A stretch of 64,000 nucleotides of DNA from Lama guanicoe (lineage: Eukaryota). The notes beneath the pieces are model-generated. The model made no database searches, was not told the origin of the DNA, and saw nothing but the letters and a program-made list of their open reading frames with translations. The DNA lies in NCBI GenBank assembly GCA_013239625.1, contig MU053482.1, forward strand, positions 1,711,168-1,775,167. Reading direction: 5' to 3'. How positions within the stretch are numbered: position 1 is the stretch's first letter; each line of letters begins with the position of its first letter. Both the position numbers and the translations under genes were made by a program. Below are positions 22,739 through 36,255 of this stretch, piece after piece.

Positions 22739-24864
22739 CTTGAACTGTTTCAACACTTCTGTGCAATTTTTTTCCCCTATAAAAGAAATAACATTTCTTA
22801 CCTAAAAGTTTTTTGCTACACCATTCATTCCTTCTGTCCTAAGAGCCTCAGGGGTGGGCAGGAAGGTGGTGATAACAAGGGATCATAGCTTGTTTAGAAG
22901 TAATTACACATCTTCCCTCTGGCCGTGCTCTTCAAGTCACGCAGAGGTCGGGAAGGGCTGGAAGAATGGTAAGGACAGAAGGTACTTCAGTTAGAGCATC
23001 CTCTGCAGGCCAGCTGAGCCAGCGAGAAGGATGGGCTGCTGGGTCCTAAGTAAACCCCTGTGGGCCTGGCCCTTAGGAACAAAAAGAGGGCCCAAGTGGT
23101 AGGAACGACATGACAACCCAGCCACTCGACTCCTCAAGCTCTAGGCAGAGCAGCCTAACCTGTTTCAACAGGACAACCCTGCTGCAGGCTTGGCAATTTT
23201 CTTTTCAGCCTATGGCAGATATGAAGCCTGAGCAAGGAAGGTTGCAGTTGTGGCTGGAAGCAGACATGAAAGCTATGGGTTTGATCCTGAGGGAGGCGGT
23301 CAAAGTTAAGCCGCCCCAAGACTGCAGGACTCTGCTCTGGGCCATTCCCAGCAGAGTAGCCGTGGAGGGTTCCAGGCAGCACAGGACTTGACAGTGTGAT
23401 CCTGTCATCTCACTGAATCCTACTGGCCTTGCAAGGGGGATATTATTCCCAGTTCATAAATGAGGAAATCAGTGCTTAAATCTAAGAAGATGGAAAAGGA
23501 AAAATAGCAAAGATGAAGTACATTTTAGAAGGATTTGTGTGAAAATCGTCAAGGCAAAATCACTGATACTTCATGTTGTTCTCACTGGGTAGCTGAAGTG
23601 TTAGATTTTCCTTTAGCATATAGTCTGGGTTGAGGGAATTTAAGAGTGTGGTAATAAGAAGGGCTGGTTTATTTACTACCCCAGATTTGGAGTTTTTATG
23701 TCCTACCTGAACCACGGCCTCGCTCCTGGGCTCTGCCTCTGGAAAATAGCACATGCAGGGCATTACTAAAAAGAAAGGAGGTGGTGGTGGTTTAGTGGTC
23801 AGGCTAACGACAGATCTCTTATATAGCCATGACAGAGTCCTGCGGAGAGTCCTGCTTTAACCTATTATTGGGGCATGATTTTTATTAAAGCTCCCTTTTC
23901 CCAGTGTCCCAGGTTGGACCATAAGTTGTCGGATCACCCGTAGAAGGTACAGACAGCGGCCATCACTCTCAGAGGCCATCTCTTGCAGAGGCCAAGCACG
24001 GCCCCGCTCCTCAGCGCCCCACTCTGGGCCCAGCTCCTAGCGTTCACTCTGCACTAGTCCTGGAGGGAAATGCTCTCCATGTGCTCCTGCCAACCAGGAA
24101 TGGGGATCTCGTGGCCAAACCACCCACCGTGGTTCCCAGCGATGCAGCTGTTTCTGAGGCCAACTGTCTGCCTCCAGAGATATGACTGTGCTCTGCCACA
24201 GTGCCCAAAGGTCACTGCAGACCTAGTGTCAGGGGGCTGGTCACATTCACAGCCCAGACCGGTTCTGAGAAATGAAGACCAGGAGAAAGACAGCCGGCAT
24301 CACAACAAAAATGAGTCCCATGATTTTGGTCTTCCTGGGTTGTATATACAAATATAGCTGTCATCCCTGAAGAATAAATGGAAAATCCAACAAAGGGCTG
24401 CCTAATCTGAAATGACCAAAAAGCACATCAAAATGTTTGAAATATAAATACATAGACATAGTCCTGCTATATAAACCAACCAAGAACAAGGGCAGCAGGA
24501 GCCATCCTGAGGTCTAGTACTTCTGGCAGGAACTATTTCCATAAGCCACTTCCGCTCATTAACATTCCAAATAAAGAGTTGTTTATGTGACACTTAACAC
24601 ACCAGCCTCGTTAAAATACCTGAACATCCATTTACTTTCACAACTGGCTGCTCTAACACCACTCTTTCTGCCAAGAATGTCCTTTCTCTCCCTTGCCCAC
24701 CTGGAAAAGTTCCTGGCATCCCTCAAGACCCACCTTCTCTGTGAAGTTTCTTGAGAGTACGTTAGCAAAAATTCTCTTTGCTCCTATAGATTGGGGTTCT
24801 TATCTCAATTATAGCACAAAACCTTGTCCGATAAAAGCCAGGAAGCTACTGCCCACTGAGTGGT

Positions 24865-25075
24865 TACTGCGAGCAGACAGGGCCAGTGCTGTTTTATAGG
24901 CACTCATAACCACCCCGTGAGACCTGCACTTTGACTCCCCAGCTTTAGAGACGAGAAAGCTGAGGCTCGTGGGGCTAGGGATCTGGCAAGATTCTATAGT
25001 GAGGACAGGACAGAGATGGAATCGTGCGTGACTGGCATTTCTTTGCCTGCAGAATTCAGGACCTTGAGCTCTTTT
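24865..25075 (-). mobile_element. MIR SINE fragment within the presumed RIC3 3' UTR
   Basis: ccagctttagagacgagaaagctgaggctc resembles the reverse MIR core. Confidence 0.55.
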
Positions 25076-27016
25076 ATAGTTCACATATCATTTAAAAAAA
25101 TAAATTGGATAAGGCTCCCATGTTAAACTGAGTTTCTTTAAAGGTAGGAATTGAGCCTTTTGTTCCCACTGCTCTGAGCAGTGTCTGCTAAATGAATAAA
25201 TGGATGAATCAGCTAGAAGGAAACAAATACACATCTCTAATAAGGGAATCATATCCTAAGGCAAAAAAGAAACTTGAACCAGGGTCCCAGAACTCTCCTC
25301 ACTGTGAACGAAGAGAAAGAGCACAGAAAATAATTTATCGAAACAGTAAAGAGCACCTACATCATTTTTTACCTTCAGCATTATATTACATCTAGACTGG
25401 TTTTAGTACATTTTACACTGCATTCTTGACAAGTGAATCCAAGGTTCCACACAGAGACAGATGCAGTATACTTTCTGTAGACTCAGTCTTAAATGACTTT
25501 TCTGTAGTTGTTAACTAACAAATGCCTAGCAGTGGCTGACGCATCATCTTAATACGATCCTGTACCTTGTGACAGCAGTGACCACACTTAAATGTGTGAT
25601 TTCAGCTATTTTCCCGGCCTCTTAACTCATGCCAGGCACAATGGAACTCTAAAAGCCCAGTGTCCACCAAGTCTACCTTCAAATGATTTCTTAATTTTCA
25701 AGCCTTCCACGTTTCATGACTGGGAATGTCCTCGGGAAGGTGTCCTCTTTCAACTCTCACGTCTTTCCTGTAAACTGAATTCACTTTACCCTTACTAGAC
25801 CGAATACATCTTACCTCAAGGAGACACATGACAGATGGCAGCTCAGAGATTAGGCTTTTGGTTTGGTCAAAATTCTCCCAGTCTTAACCCACCTCCTACT
25901 CTGCCCAGCTCAAAAGACCCAGATAGCCACACAGAGAACAAATGGTCTCTTCCTGGGCACTGCTCTGTTGGGTCCCTGCAACTTCCCTGTTGGGCTAACA
26001 CTTGGTCTACAAGCTCAGTCCTCGTTTCTGTTTGAATTTGATTTGTTAGAAGAATAAATTTGCCAGAGGGCACAACATTCAGAAACAGCTTCTAAGCAAG
26101 GACTGCCCATAAGGGCACGAGTTCTCTCCCATCACCAGCTCCCTGGCCTTCTAAGCATCTCATGACAGGACTGCCACCCTTGGGCAGGCTTTCCTGAAGC
26201 CTTAGCAGCCTCAAACCTTGGCTCTGCAGGGCAAGGACTAAAGTCTCTACATAAAGCGTCCTCTGGCCACTGAAGACCAGAGGTATAAACTGCTTCTGGG
26301 TTTGGCAGTTCCATTAAGCAGAACAGGGATAAAGGAAGCTTGAGATCCAGGCAAAACTGTCCCAACAAACTTCTGGGCTCATTCTTGGGTCAGTGGGAGT
26401 CTTCTACTACTCTGGAGAAAAGCGCAGATCTGAGGAGGCCTCGATGCTCCTAAAAAAGGCTCTCACGTGAAGAAGGGGCTTCAGCTCAGACAGCAAAGTC
26501 TCGCCCAGCTCTGGCCCCATCAGCCCCACAAACAAAATGTTTTCTTCTTGAACCCAGTGGACCACTAACCTGCTCAAGGCCTACAGAATAAGGCATCTTG
26601 GACTCTGAAATCTTCACTCTTGTAATCTTAAGTCCTCATCATGTGTAATCTGATGTTCGTTCACAGGTAAACCATCTGTTATTCCTAGTGCGAAGAGTCT
26701 GACCTCTGCCCCAAGGGGTGCCATCTGTAATTACAACAGATCAAAGATGACTCAGTGGATCAATTCTGATGGAGGACAGGCAGGAAGAGAAAGAGTGAAG
26801 GTGTCTTGCGTTCCTACTAATCTCTGTGATGTTCTACAAGGTGACAGGTGTGTAAGCACCAGGAAGGATACATGATATCCACGGTAGTGGCCTGACTGGC
26901 TATGATATTTAAACACAGAGGAGGAAGTACAGGACACAGGGCCAAGGATGAAATCAGAGATGGAGAAAGGTCGCCTTGGGATTAGAGTAATGGATACCTC
27001 ACCCAACTGGCTGTTT

Positions 27017-27453
27017 TCACTCCAGACCCTGGGGGCCCCGTTTCCTCAACATGCCACCTGGATGTGCCTTATCAGCACTGATGCCCAAGCCTTCACCTCT
27101 GAAGTCCTGGGGCCACACTTCTTTGGTGGTTTCCTCCTGCTCACTGTAACTGTCTGCACTGAATCCAGCATTCTCTGCCAAGACAGCGGGATCCTCTTCT
27201 TCAGGAAAACAGCAGGAGCATGTTTCTGGCTTTGGGTCACAGAAGGTAACAGAATTCTCTTCCTGAGCTCTGGGGTCAGTAGGCATTGCCCAACCCAAAT
27301 GGTCGGATTCTTCCTCTTCCAGCACCCCCATTCTTTCAGCTATTTCTTCAGCAGAGGGCTCTTGTGGGTTGGGGTAATCCACTAGGATGGTTTCTTGCCT
27401 ATGCTTGATGCAATCTGAAAGGTCATAAATTGGATAAGTCTCTTCAGGGTAAC
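27017..27453 (-). CDS. RIC3: RIC3 acetylcholine receptor chaperone, coding exon 6 (to stop)
   Basis: ctctag| acceptor; GYPEETYPIYDLSDCIKHRQETILVDYP...GMLRKRGPQGLE*; 437 nt. Confidence 0.96.
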
Positions 27454-28464
27454 CTAGAGAAAAAAGTGGCACAAGGTCTTACAAAGAATTTCTCTTCAAA
27501 ATAAACAGCGTCAGGCTTAAAGAGGCTTCTCAGGCAGCAGCCATCCTATCCAACAAATCCATTCCAGAAAACTCTAAAATGCCTCTAACAGTGCTTAAGT
27601 TTCACTTGAGCAAATTCTTGACGGTCTGCTGACCGTCCCCCAGCTCTCTGAAACACAAACCAATTCAGTTGAAAATCCCCTTCCTAAGTGCAGGGTGCTC
27701 GGGGCAGAGTGTACGTCTCACACCTCAAGCTTCTACAGTAGTGATGAAGATTAAACAAACAACGTGAGCCTCAGTTACAGGGGAAAAAAAACATGTACCA
27801 AACACCAGATGGAGAGCACATAGCTCAAGGCTAATGTTTATAATTTCTATTTGGAACCATTTCTAAATTTTCCCAGGGTGGGGAGGGGAGGAGGGAAGGA
27901 ATGCTGAGCTCTTTGAAAAATACACCACAAAGCCTTCTACTCATCAGAACAATTGGAAATGGCTTGCAAGTGTCAGAAACAGAGCACTTCAGCGAGACAT
28001 GCCCAAGATCCCGAAGGACAAGGACTGCATTTTCAAAAGACAGAATTCCCATTGTTGGCTTCTCCATCTTCACAAAAGGGAACAAAAGAAAACAACAAAC
28101 TGGTAAACAAAATGAATCCCAGCAACGATAATGAGAAAAGGGAAAATGGTGCCAAATTAAAGAACGAAATGAAATAAATCTGTGTCAGCCAAGCCGTGCC
28201 TGAGCGGCAGATGGGCCGTGCTGGAGCTCATATGCCAGTGCTGGCAATAGCAGCCGTGCTCCCTGCGCAATGTGAAAGCTGGAGAATTCAAAATCCACTT
28301 GCACATTATGATAATTGGCAAATTCAACCCTAACGTAAACCCTTTTTTTTTTGCCTACAAATTCTGAAAACCAGGGTGCTTTTTTGGTGCCGTGGTGGGT
28401 GTGAAGAGACATTTTTACAACATTGATAATCAAAAAAAAACAAAAAACAAAAAACAAAAAACAT

Positions 28465-29040
28465 TAAAAGTTATACAGACTCATTGTAGAAAATTTGAAA
28501 AACACAAGTTTTAAAAAGAAAACACAAATCACCTAGAATCCCACAACTGATAACAATTTGCTGTACTATCTCTGGTCTTTTTTATCATATATAAACATAT
28601 ATTTTTCTTTTCTTTAACAAAGAAGGATCATACTGGATATAGAATGTTGTACCCGGATTTTTTTCATTTAACATGGAGAAATGCTCATGATATAATAATG
28701 TTATCAGGCATTTTAAAGTTGGCTACAGTTATGCCACCGCACAGCTACATAACTGACATGATACACCATCCCTCTTCTTTAAGACAGATTCTTTCCAAAT
28801 TTCCATTATAAGTTACATATTAGTTAAGATCTCTGAATGTAAACCCATGTCCACTTCCCTATTTCTTTAAGATAGACTTTTAGAAATATGAAAACCAGAT
28901 CAAAGGGAATGGACATTTTAAAAGTCTTTTTTACACTCTGCCAAATTACTTTCCAGAAGAATTGTATAAATTCTTAGTCCTACCGGTGATGTAAAAAAAC
29001 TGTGCATCTTATCACATCCTCATGAGCACCTATTGTAGTA
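28465..29040 (-). mobile_element. Old L1 (L1ME-like) 3' fragment
   Basis: AT-rich, with atcaaagggaatggacatttt...tgccaaattactttccagaag L1M 3' motifs in reverse. Confidence 0.55.
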
Positions 29041-30371
29041 CGTTAGGAACCTTGTCAATGCAGTCCTCACTCCCAGGCTTAACTGACTATGGATGAAGGC
29101 GTGGTGAAATGGATCTCAGCTACCCAAGGCCCTCATAGTCAACTTGGTGAAGGGCAGAGGCTGGGCAAGTCTACTTGCAAATTAGCGCCTAGCCACTGAA
29201 TGCTTAAGAGAAGTCCATTTTCTGGAATGTTCCTGCCTTCTCCCCACACCAAGAACAAAGCTTACCTTTGGACTTCCATGACTATCTGCTTTGGTTTAAG
29301 AGGGGGAAGCCTGCTGAGGAAAAATCAAATAGTGACTCACGTAACTACTAAGGTAGCCCATGTCAGTCACTATTACTGGTTACTCAAGAACTTCACTAAA
29401 AATATGAGTAAGCAACAAAAACTCACTGTCCTAAGAGGAAATAAGCAGTTCAAAACAGAGAAACCAAACTAAGCAAACTATGTAAATGAGCCCTAAAAAA
29501 AGTCAACGCAGGAAACAAGAGTTAATGTCAATAAACTTATAACTGACTGCCAGTAATACTCAACAGGTTATTGCACTGATAAAACCAACCAGGCTTCACT
29601 CTAAAACAGGGAGCAAAGAGCTGTTAGAAAAAGAAAGTCATAACTGCAAAACAAAATTAAACTTAATAGAAGAAAACAGCAGGTTGAAATGGACATGACT
29701 GAGAACCACAATAATATGCTAGAAGTTCAAGGTGAGGAATTCTCCTAGGACAAAGATAAAAATGACAAAGAAATGGAAATTATAAAGATAAGATGCATAG
29801 AAGACTCATTCAAGATCCAATCTCAGAATTACCAGAATTCTAGAATGAGAGGGCAGATAACTCTTACTGATTTCATTGTTCAACACTTTCTTCTATACAG
29901 TATCTTCTTCCTTGAATTTTAATTTTTGTATCTGTCAGAATACTTCCTTAAGCCCCCCCCCCATAGAGTGGTGTACTTTCTGAGTACTACACATACCACT
30001 TTTCACCTTTATAGAAAGAATTGTTTGGCTGGGTATAAAATCATAGATCATGCCATTTTCCCTTATAAGTCTGAAAACATTGCTTCACTCTCTTTCCATT
30101 TGATGTTGAAAATGACAAATCTTATCCCAGTCTGAGTCTTTTTCTCAATGGGCAACCTGTTTTTAGTTAGCTAGTTTTTGGTTTCTGTATGGAAGTTGGT
30201 ATTCTTTTTATACTGAAAAATTTGAATTCGTACAGATTCATCAGCATATGTCTGAGTACGTATTAATGTGTGGATTTTTCCAAGTATTTTTACCTAACAT
30301 TTAGTGAGTTCTTTATGGCCAAAGACTTGAGTCGTTTTTCAACTAAATATTTTCTTTTATAAGAAATATTT

Positions 30372-32202
30372 AAAAAAGCTACTAGACTTAAGTCTGTTTA
30401 GGACAGTTGCAGGATACAAGATCAGAATACAAAGATAAATTGTGTTTCTATACAAATAGCAATAAGCAATTTAAAAATTTTAAATATCACCATCAAAAAA
30501 ACAAACTTTAAGGATAAATTTACAAAACATGTGCAAGACCCTAGATACTGAAAACTATAAAAAAAATTTGCTGAAATATTAAAGATCTAAATAAATGGAG
30601 AGAGATAAAATGTTCATGGAATGGAAGATTCAATATTGTTTTCATGTCAATTCTTCTAAACTGATTTAAAGATTCAATGTAATGCCAATCAAAATGCCAT
30701 CAGGCTTTTCTTTGTAGAAACTGACACACTGATTCTTAATTTATATGCAAATGTGAAGAGCCTAGAATTACTGAAATAATTTTGAACAAAACATAGTTGA
30801 AGAACTTGCACTACCTGATTTCAAGACAATATAAAGACACAGCGAAAAAAGACATTGTGGTCTTGGCATAAGTACAGACACACAGATCAATGAAAGAGAA
30901 CAGCAAGTCCAGAATAGACTCACACATATGGTCAACTGATTTTCCATTTTCCGAAAGGGGAAGGGTTGATTTCCAACCAACATGCCAAGGTAATAAAATG
31001 TAACAAAATAAGCTAGAATAATTAAATATCAAATGGAAAAAAACCCCTCAGTCCTTATACCTCAAGCCATATAAAAACTAACTCAAAATGGAACATAGGC
31101 CTAAATGTAAGAGCTAAAACTGTAACATTTCTAGAAGAAAACAGACAAGTTAGGCAAACCTTGAGTTAGGCAAAGTTATCTTAGACACACAAAAAAGTGA
31201 ATCATAAAAGAGAAAATGATAAACTGGACTTCATTGAAATGAAAAAAATCTGCTCTTGGAAAGATGCCACTAAGAAAATAAAAAGGCAAGCCACAGATTG
31301 GGAGAAAATATTTTCAAAATTTGTAACTGATAACTTATGCCCAGAATATAGAAGGAACTCTTGCAACTCAATGCGAACACAACCAACTCAATAAAGAAAG
31401 TGGCAAACAATGAACAGACACTTCACTGAAGATATACAGATGGCAAATAAGTACATGAACAAATATTCAACATCATCAGTCACTGGGGAAATACATACTA
31501 AAGTCACAATCGAGATACCACTATACATTCACTAAAACAGCTCAAATTAAAAAGACTGGCAGTACCAAGTGTTACCAAGGATGTGGAGTGACTGCAATTC
31601 TCACACATTTCAGGTGGGAAGGCAAAATGGAAAGCAGACTGACAGTTTCTAACAAAGTTGAACATACACTTATAAAATCCAGAAACCTCATTCTTAGGTA
31701 TATACCCAAAGAAATACAAATATATGTTCCAGTAAAAACTTGTATGCAAAAGTTCATAGCAGTTTGATTCATAATAGCTCAAAGCTGGAAACAACCCAAT
31801 TGTTCCTAAACTGGTGAGTGGAGAAGCAAATTGTGGTACATCCAGATAACAGAACACCATTTAGCAATTTAAAAAAAAGAGACGGAACTACTCATACCAC
31901 TCAACGCATGAATCTCAAAAGCATTACACTGAATCAATGAAGGCAGAAACAGAAGAGCACGTGCTATGATCCATTTATATAGAAAAGGTAAAGCTATAGA
32001 GACAGAAAGCAGTTCAGCTATTGCAGGGGCAGAAGGAGGGGATTCGCAGCAGAGGAGGGAACTTTCCGAGATGATGGTAATATGACTGTGGTATGATTAC
32101 ACAACTCTACACATCCGTCACAACTCATCCAACTATGCACTTAACATTTGTGAATTTTATTGTATATAAATTATACCTCAGTAATAAAGCTGATTAAAAA
32201 AA
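30372..32202 (+). mobile_element. L1M LINE (degenerate 3' ORF2 and 3' UTR, 5'-truncated), antisense to RIC3
   Basis: gttgcaggatacaagatc; degenerate ORF2 peptides (e.g. IKRQATDWEKIF in ORF 31197..31394); 3' end ttatacctcagtaataaagctg with A-tail about 60 nt from the RIC3 exon 5 donor. Confidence 0.88.
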
Positions 32203-32263
32203 ATTTTATAAGATCTCTCTTCTGGGCTGATGGTTAACAAAGAAGTAAGAAGACACTGTTTAC

Positions 32264-32412
32264 CTTCCCAGTCCTCCATGTAAGGGGCCTCCTCAGCTTC
32301 TTTCTCTGGAGTGGGTCTGTCAATGAGTTTTCCTTCTTTCATGACCCTGGTGATTTCTCGGAGCTGATGCAGCAACCGTTTTTCTTGGTCAGAAGTCACT
32401 GTCTGTGCTCTG
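32264..32412 (-). CDS. RIC3: RIC3 coding exon 5 (NAGNAG acceptor; alternative start 32409)
   Basis: ctaag|cag| ... |gtaaac; (S)RAQTVTSDQEKRLLHQLREITRVMKEGKLIDRPTPEKEAEEAPYMEDWE. Confidence 0.95.
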
Positions 32413-32559
32413 CTTAGAAATATCAGACAATCCGGCCAGTGAGTGGTAAGTATTCCTAGGCAATGAACATAAACATCACTATGCTCTGTCTGGATTCCAG
32501 AATAGGAAGTCCAACAGCAACAGATAATAATTCTAGGAATTGACCCTGGAACTGCACAG

Positions 32560-32725
32560 CTGGGAACTAGAGATGTTGGTTCAATGTTGTGATTTTATAA
32601 ATGGGAAAACTAAGGCCCAGAATAGTTCAAGTGATTGTCCAAGGTCCCAGAATGACTTAATGTCAATACTGGGACAAGACCCCAAATGTCTTAGCTTTCA
32701 GTTCAGTGTTCTTCCAGTACACCTC
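32560..32725 (-). mobile_element. MIR SINE fragment
   Basis: attttataaatgggaaaactaaggcccaga...gtgattgtccaaggtc. Confidence 0.65.
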
Positions 32726-35700
32726 ACTGCCCTGATTCTCTAATCTCCAAGCAATTTCACCATTACTCACATTATTCCATTTACTACAAGCCACTTTTCT
32801 CTGAAGTAAGATCATCAAAAGAAAATGTGCTGGATCATTAGCTTCAACTAGGAAAAAATATGCTACCAGGCCAACCCTAGAATCACCAGGCTGAAGCTAC
32901 TCATGCAGAAATAAAGATAGATCTTAAAATTTCAGAGCTGGATCATTCTGACAAATCATCTAGACCAGAGAAATTGGGTAAACTGAGGCCCCATGGAGGG
33001 GAAAATACACATTTACTCACATTGCTAGTTAGTGTCAGCACTCTAACTGAAACTAAAGTCTCCTGACTTCTGATAGCATTCTGTGCGATTACTGAAGCAC
33101 AGCGCTCCAGTTCCACAGGTTAGAAAACCTGGGCGTGAGTACTACCCTAGCTGTGCGGCTCTGGGGAGATGTTGGCACAAGTGAGATGAGGCTCAAGGAT
33201 GATGTGACTATTTCCTTTGAGAGGGAAGCACTGCCTCACACTGACAGGCAGGCAAGGCCCTGCTCAGAAGACTGAGAGCCATCTGCTTTGGGACGGCTTT
33301 TATCTAGGCAGGATTTAACAGAGGCTACTTATTCTCCTCTTAAAAACCCAAAGCATTTGAAGTCAACACAACACTCATGAAGGGGACATGCTACATTCTG
33401 TACTAGCCTTGTGGAGGTAACACCAATTGTTCTAATCTCTAGTCCTGAACCTACGTTTCTTTTTACACTTAACCTACATTGACGTTAGCCTTAATGACTG
33501 ATAGGGAAAAAGAAAAAAGGGCTTCTCCCTCCAACATTAAGATGGTAACTAGATAATGAAGACACAACATTTCTACAGACCTCAGTGGGAGGAAAACAAA
33601 AACCCCATGAGTGTCACTTTTCCCAGGCTGAATGGCCTCAAAGCCACGATCTGAAGAAGCCGGGCTGTCCCGCAAGCAGCTGAACGGCTGCGTTACTCTT
33701 CCCATCAGGACCGGAGTCCTGATTCACCACAACTGCGCACCTGTTTCATAACCCCTAATTCTTTCTTATAACAACCCACTTTCCGGGAGGCTTCTGAGGC
33801 GGCTAGGCCACCCCTAGCTAAAGAGCCCATATGCTTGTCACAACATGCTGCACATGTTACCTCTCTGGACTGTACTCAGTATATTCTGATTTTTACTGAA
33901 TGAAATGGTCTTGACTGTCTCCTAACTCATGGAAAATTGGAACCCTTAATTAGAAGAGGGATGGGTAGGCTAAGAGAGGCAGAAATAGACAAGAGAAGCT
34001 TTCAGAGAGAATTCCAAACTAAAGTGCCCTCAAGTGTACTCACAGTGTCCATATCATGCATTAGGCAATTAATCATGATCCACTTACGTCTTCTGAACTT
34101 ATTGCAATGAACACTCATGGATTCTTCATTGTGGCAACCTGGTTTGATACTCTTGGATGGTGTATCAGTAAGTGGTAAGTTCACAACAGCGTAGGCACAA
34201 GTGCCATGAATGCTGTAACTGCTCGACAAATGTGTTTGATCAGTCCTCACATTCCCAACATCCATCTTCTCCTGCCTCCCTGAAATCTGGCTTCTGCTCC
34301 ATCATTTTACCAAAACTTGTGAATATCAATGCCCAATTTACTCTCAAGTCCGAAGGTCTCTTGCTCATATTTCATTCTGTGGACCAGCCTCTCCTGATAG
34401 GTCCTCCTCCTTTGGCTACGGAGACATCTGTATTCCTCCCACTTATTTAACCATTCCTTGTAAATCTGATCCTGGCTCACTTTCTTAGTCCCTTCCTAAA
34501 ACATGGTTTTCCAGAAGGCTCAGTCCTGGGAATCTCATTCTCCACTCCTACAGTCATGCCCTCAATAATCAGACCCAATTATCACAGGTTAAACCATCAC
34601 CTCTACAAAGATGATGCCCAAACTCTACCTCTAACCTGGACTTTTGACACAAAGGCCAGTCTCATAACTCCAGTTATCTCTTGGGCATTTCTACTAGGAG
34701 GCCTTGCCACTGTAATGAAGTTAATCTTAAATTCACCCTTCAAAACCATATCCTAGTTGGCCCAGGATCATGAGCAGCTGCGCGACCAGGAAAGCCAGGT
34801 GAGAGTGGGGAGGGCAGATTCTAAGATATTAGAAAATAAAAGGTCACGCTGGGAGGTAACTGAGACTTCTGAATGCTACAAACCCAGAGGAATCATCCAA
34901 AAGTTAAACCCAGAGAGAATGAAACAGTTTCTTACAACACCATTCATGATGAGCACAGAAATCAGACCAGCAAAAGAATGCAGGTGACTCCCACACAGTG
35001 TGATATATGCCTCAAGGATTTGGTGATCTCATTTTCCCCCGGCCCTTACCTCTTACACCCAGTCAAACGACTTCCTAACTTGTGTCCTTTGTTCTGACCT
35101 CAATACCCAAATTTCCTATTGTGATACATCATACATGGATGTTCTGATTGCACTTCAACCACATTCAAAGCTGAACTCATGATCCTATCCCAACACCTTA
35201 CCATCATTCTGTGCTTTTATTTTGGTTGATCCCATAATCTTCCTTCTAGTTTGGGCTGTAAATCTCCAAATCATCTCTCTCTTCTCCTTTGTTTCTCGTA
35301 TCTAGTTAGTCTTCTTTTGGAAAACCAATCCCTCTTCTGCTCACGGTGTAGATGTTAAAGCCATCCGTCCCCTGACTTCTCTTTCAAGGATGGCCACGTA
35401 GCCCAGGCCAACCATCACACTCCATCCCTTTGGCTGCAGTGACTGATTTCAGTGATATTCAGTAATATATGACCCGAGTTGGGCCAACTATACTTTCTAA
35501 AACTGGATCTTGAGCACAGTGAAGCCCGAACTGAAGATTTTTCACATTAATTCATCCTGGCAGCAGTCCTTGAAGAGACTGCCCATTTGTTCCTATTCCC
35601 TAAATACTCATACCTACTCTGGTTCCCACTCTTCTTGCTAACACTTAATCTTCAGCTATTCTTTTGATATTGTAAGCTACCCCATACTCTTCCAACAAAT

Positions 35701-36255
35701 TCTGCTGTGCCCTCCAAATTTTTGCTACCCAGAGATGGCTGCTTGCATCCAAGGAATCCTGATACAGCCTATGATTTTTCCTCCTCCTTGAAGTCCCCTT
35801 AATTTGCCCCCCACCTATTTTCCTCTCTCCCGGCCTGTTTACTACCTTTGCTAGAACTCTTTCAATATCCTAGCATATAGCACTTTACATAAGATTTACT
35901 CTTCTAAAGCACAGCAGATCATGGCCTTTCTCCTCAAAAGCCTTCAGAGGCCCTCTACTGTAAAGACAATGAATTCCAATTTCTCAGCCTACCATTCAGG
36001 GCCTTCCAGTCTGGCCCCGTTTACTTGTCTCGTTTTCTCTCCCATCAGTTGCCTCCCATCTACCACAGCCCTGGTGTACTTCACTCCAGTTACTCAGAAT
36101 GACCTGCTATTCCAAAAAACATGCCTTGATTCTCTCACCTTGTTTGCTGCTGGTGCCAGCCCCTCCCTCTGAAACATTTTTCCCCAAACTCTGCCTGAGG
36201 GAATCCTTCCCTCCTGTAAGGCTTATTCAAATTCTCCCTTTCCCTTAGACCTTCT

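Larger units (their letters stand above)
18410..22760 (+). other. TUB: Probable long 3' UTR of TUB (end approximate)
   Basis: Follows the stop codon; first clear poly(A) signals I found are AATAAA 22599-22604 and ATTAAA 22733-22738, with nearby TGTA motifs. Confidence 0.7.

Noticed and set aside
30768..31860. ORFs with L1 ORF2-like peptides (also 54198-55145)
   Set aside because: Fragments of decayed, 5'-truncated L1 copies with many stops and frameshifts; not functional genes
33861..33921. Possible cryptic RIC3 exon (ag...GAG|gtaaca on the - strand)
   Set aside because: Weak acceptor, 61 nt frameshifting, no independent support
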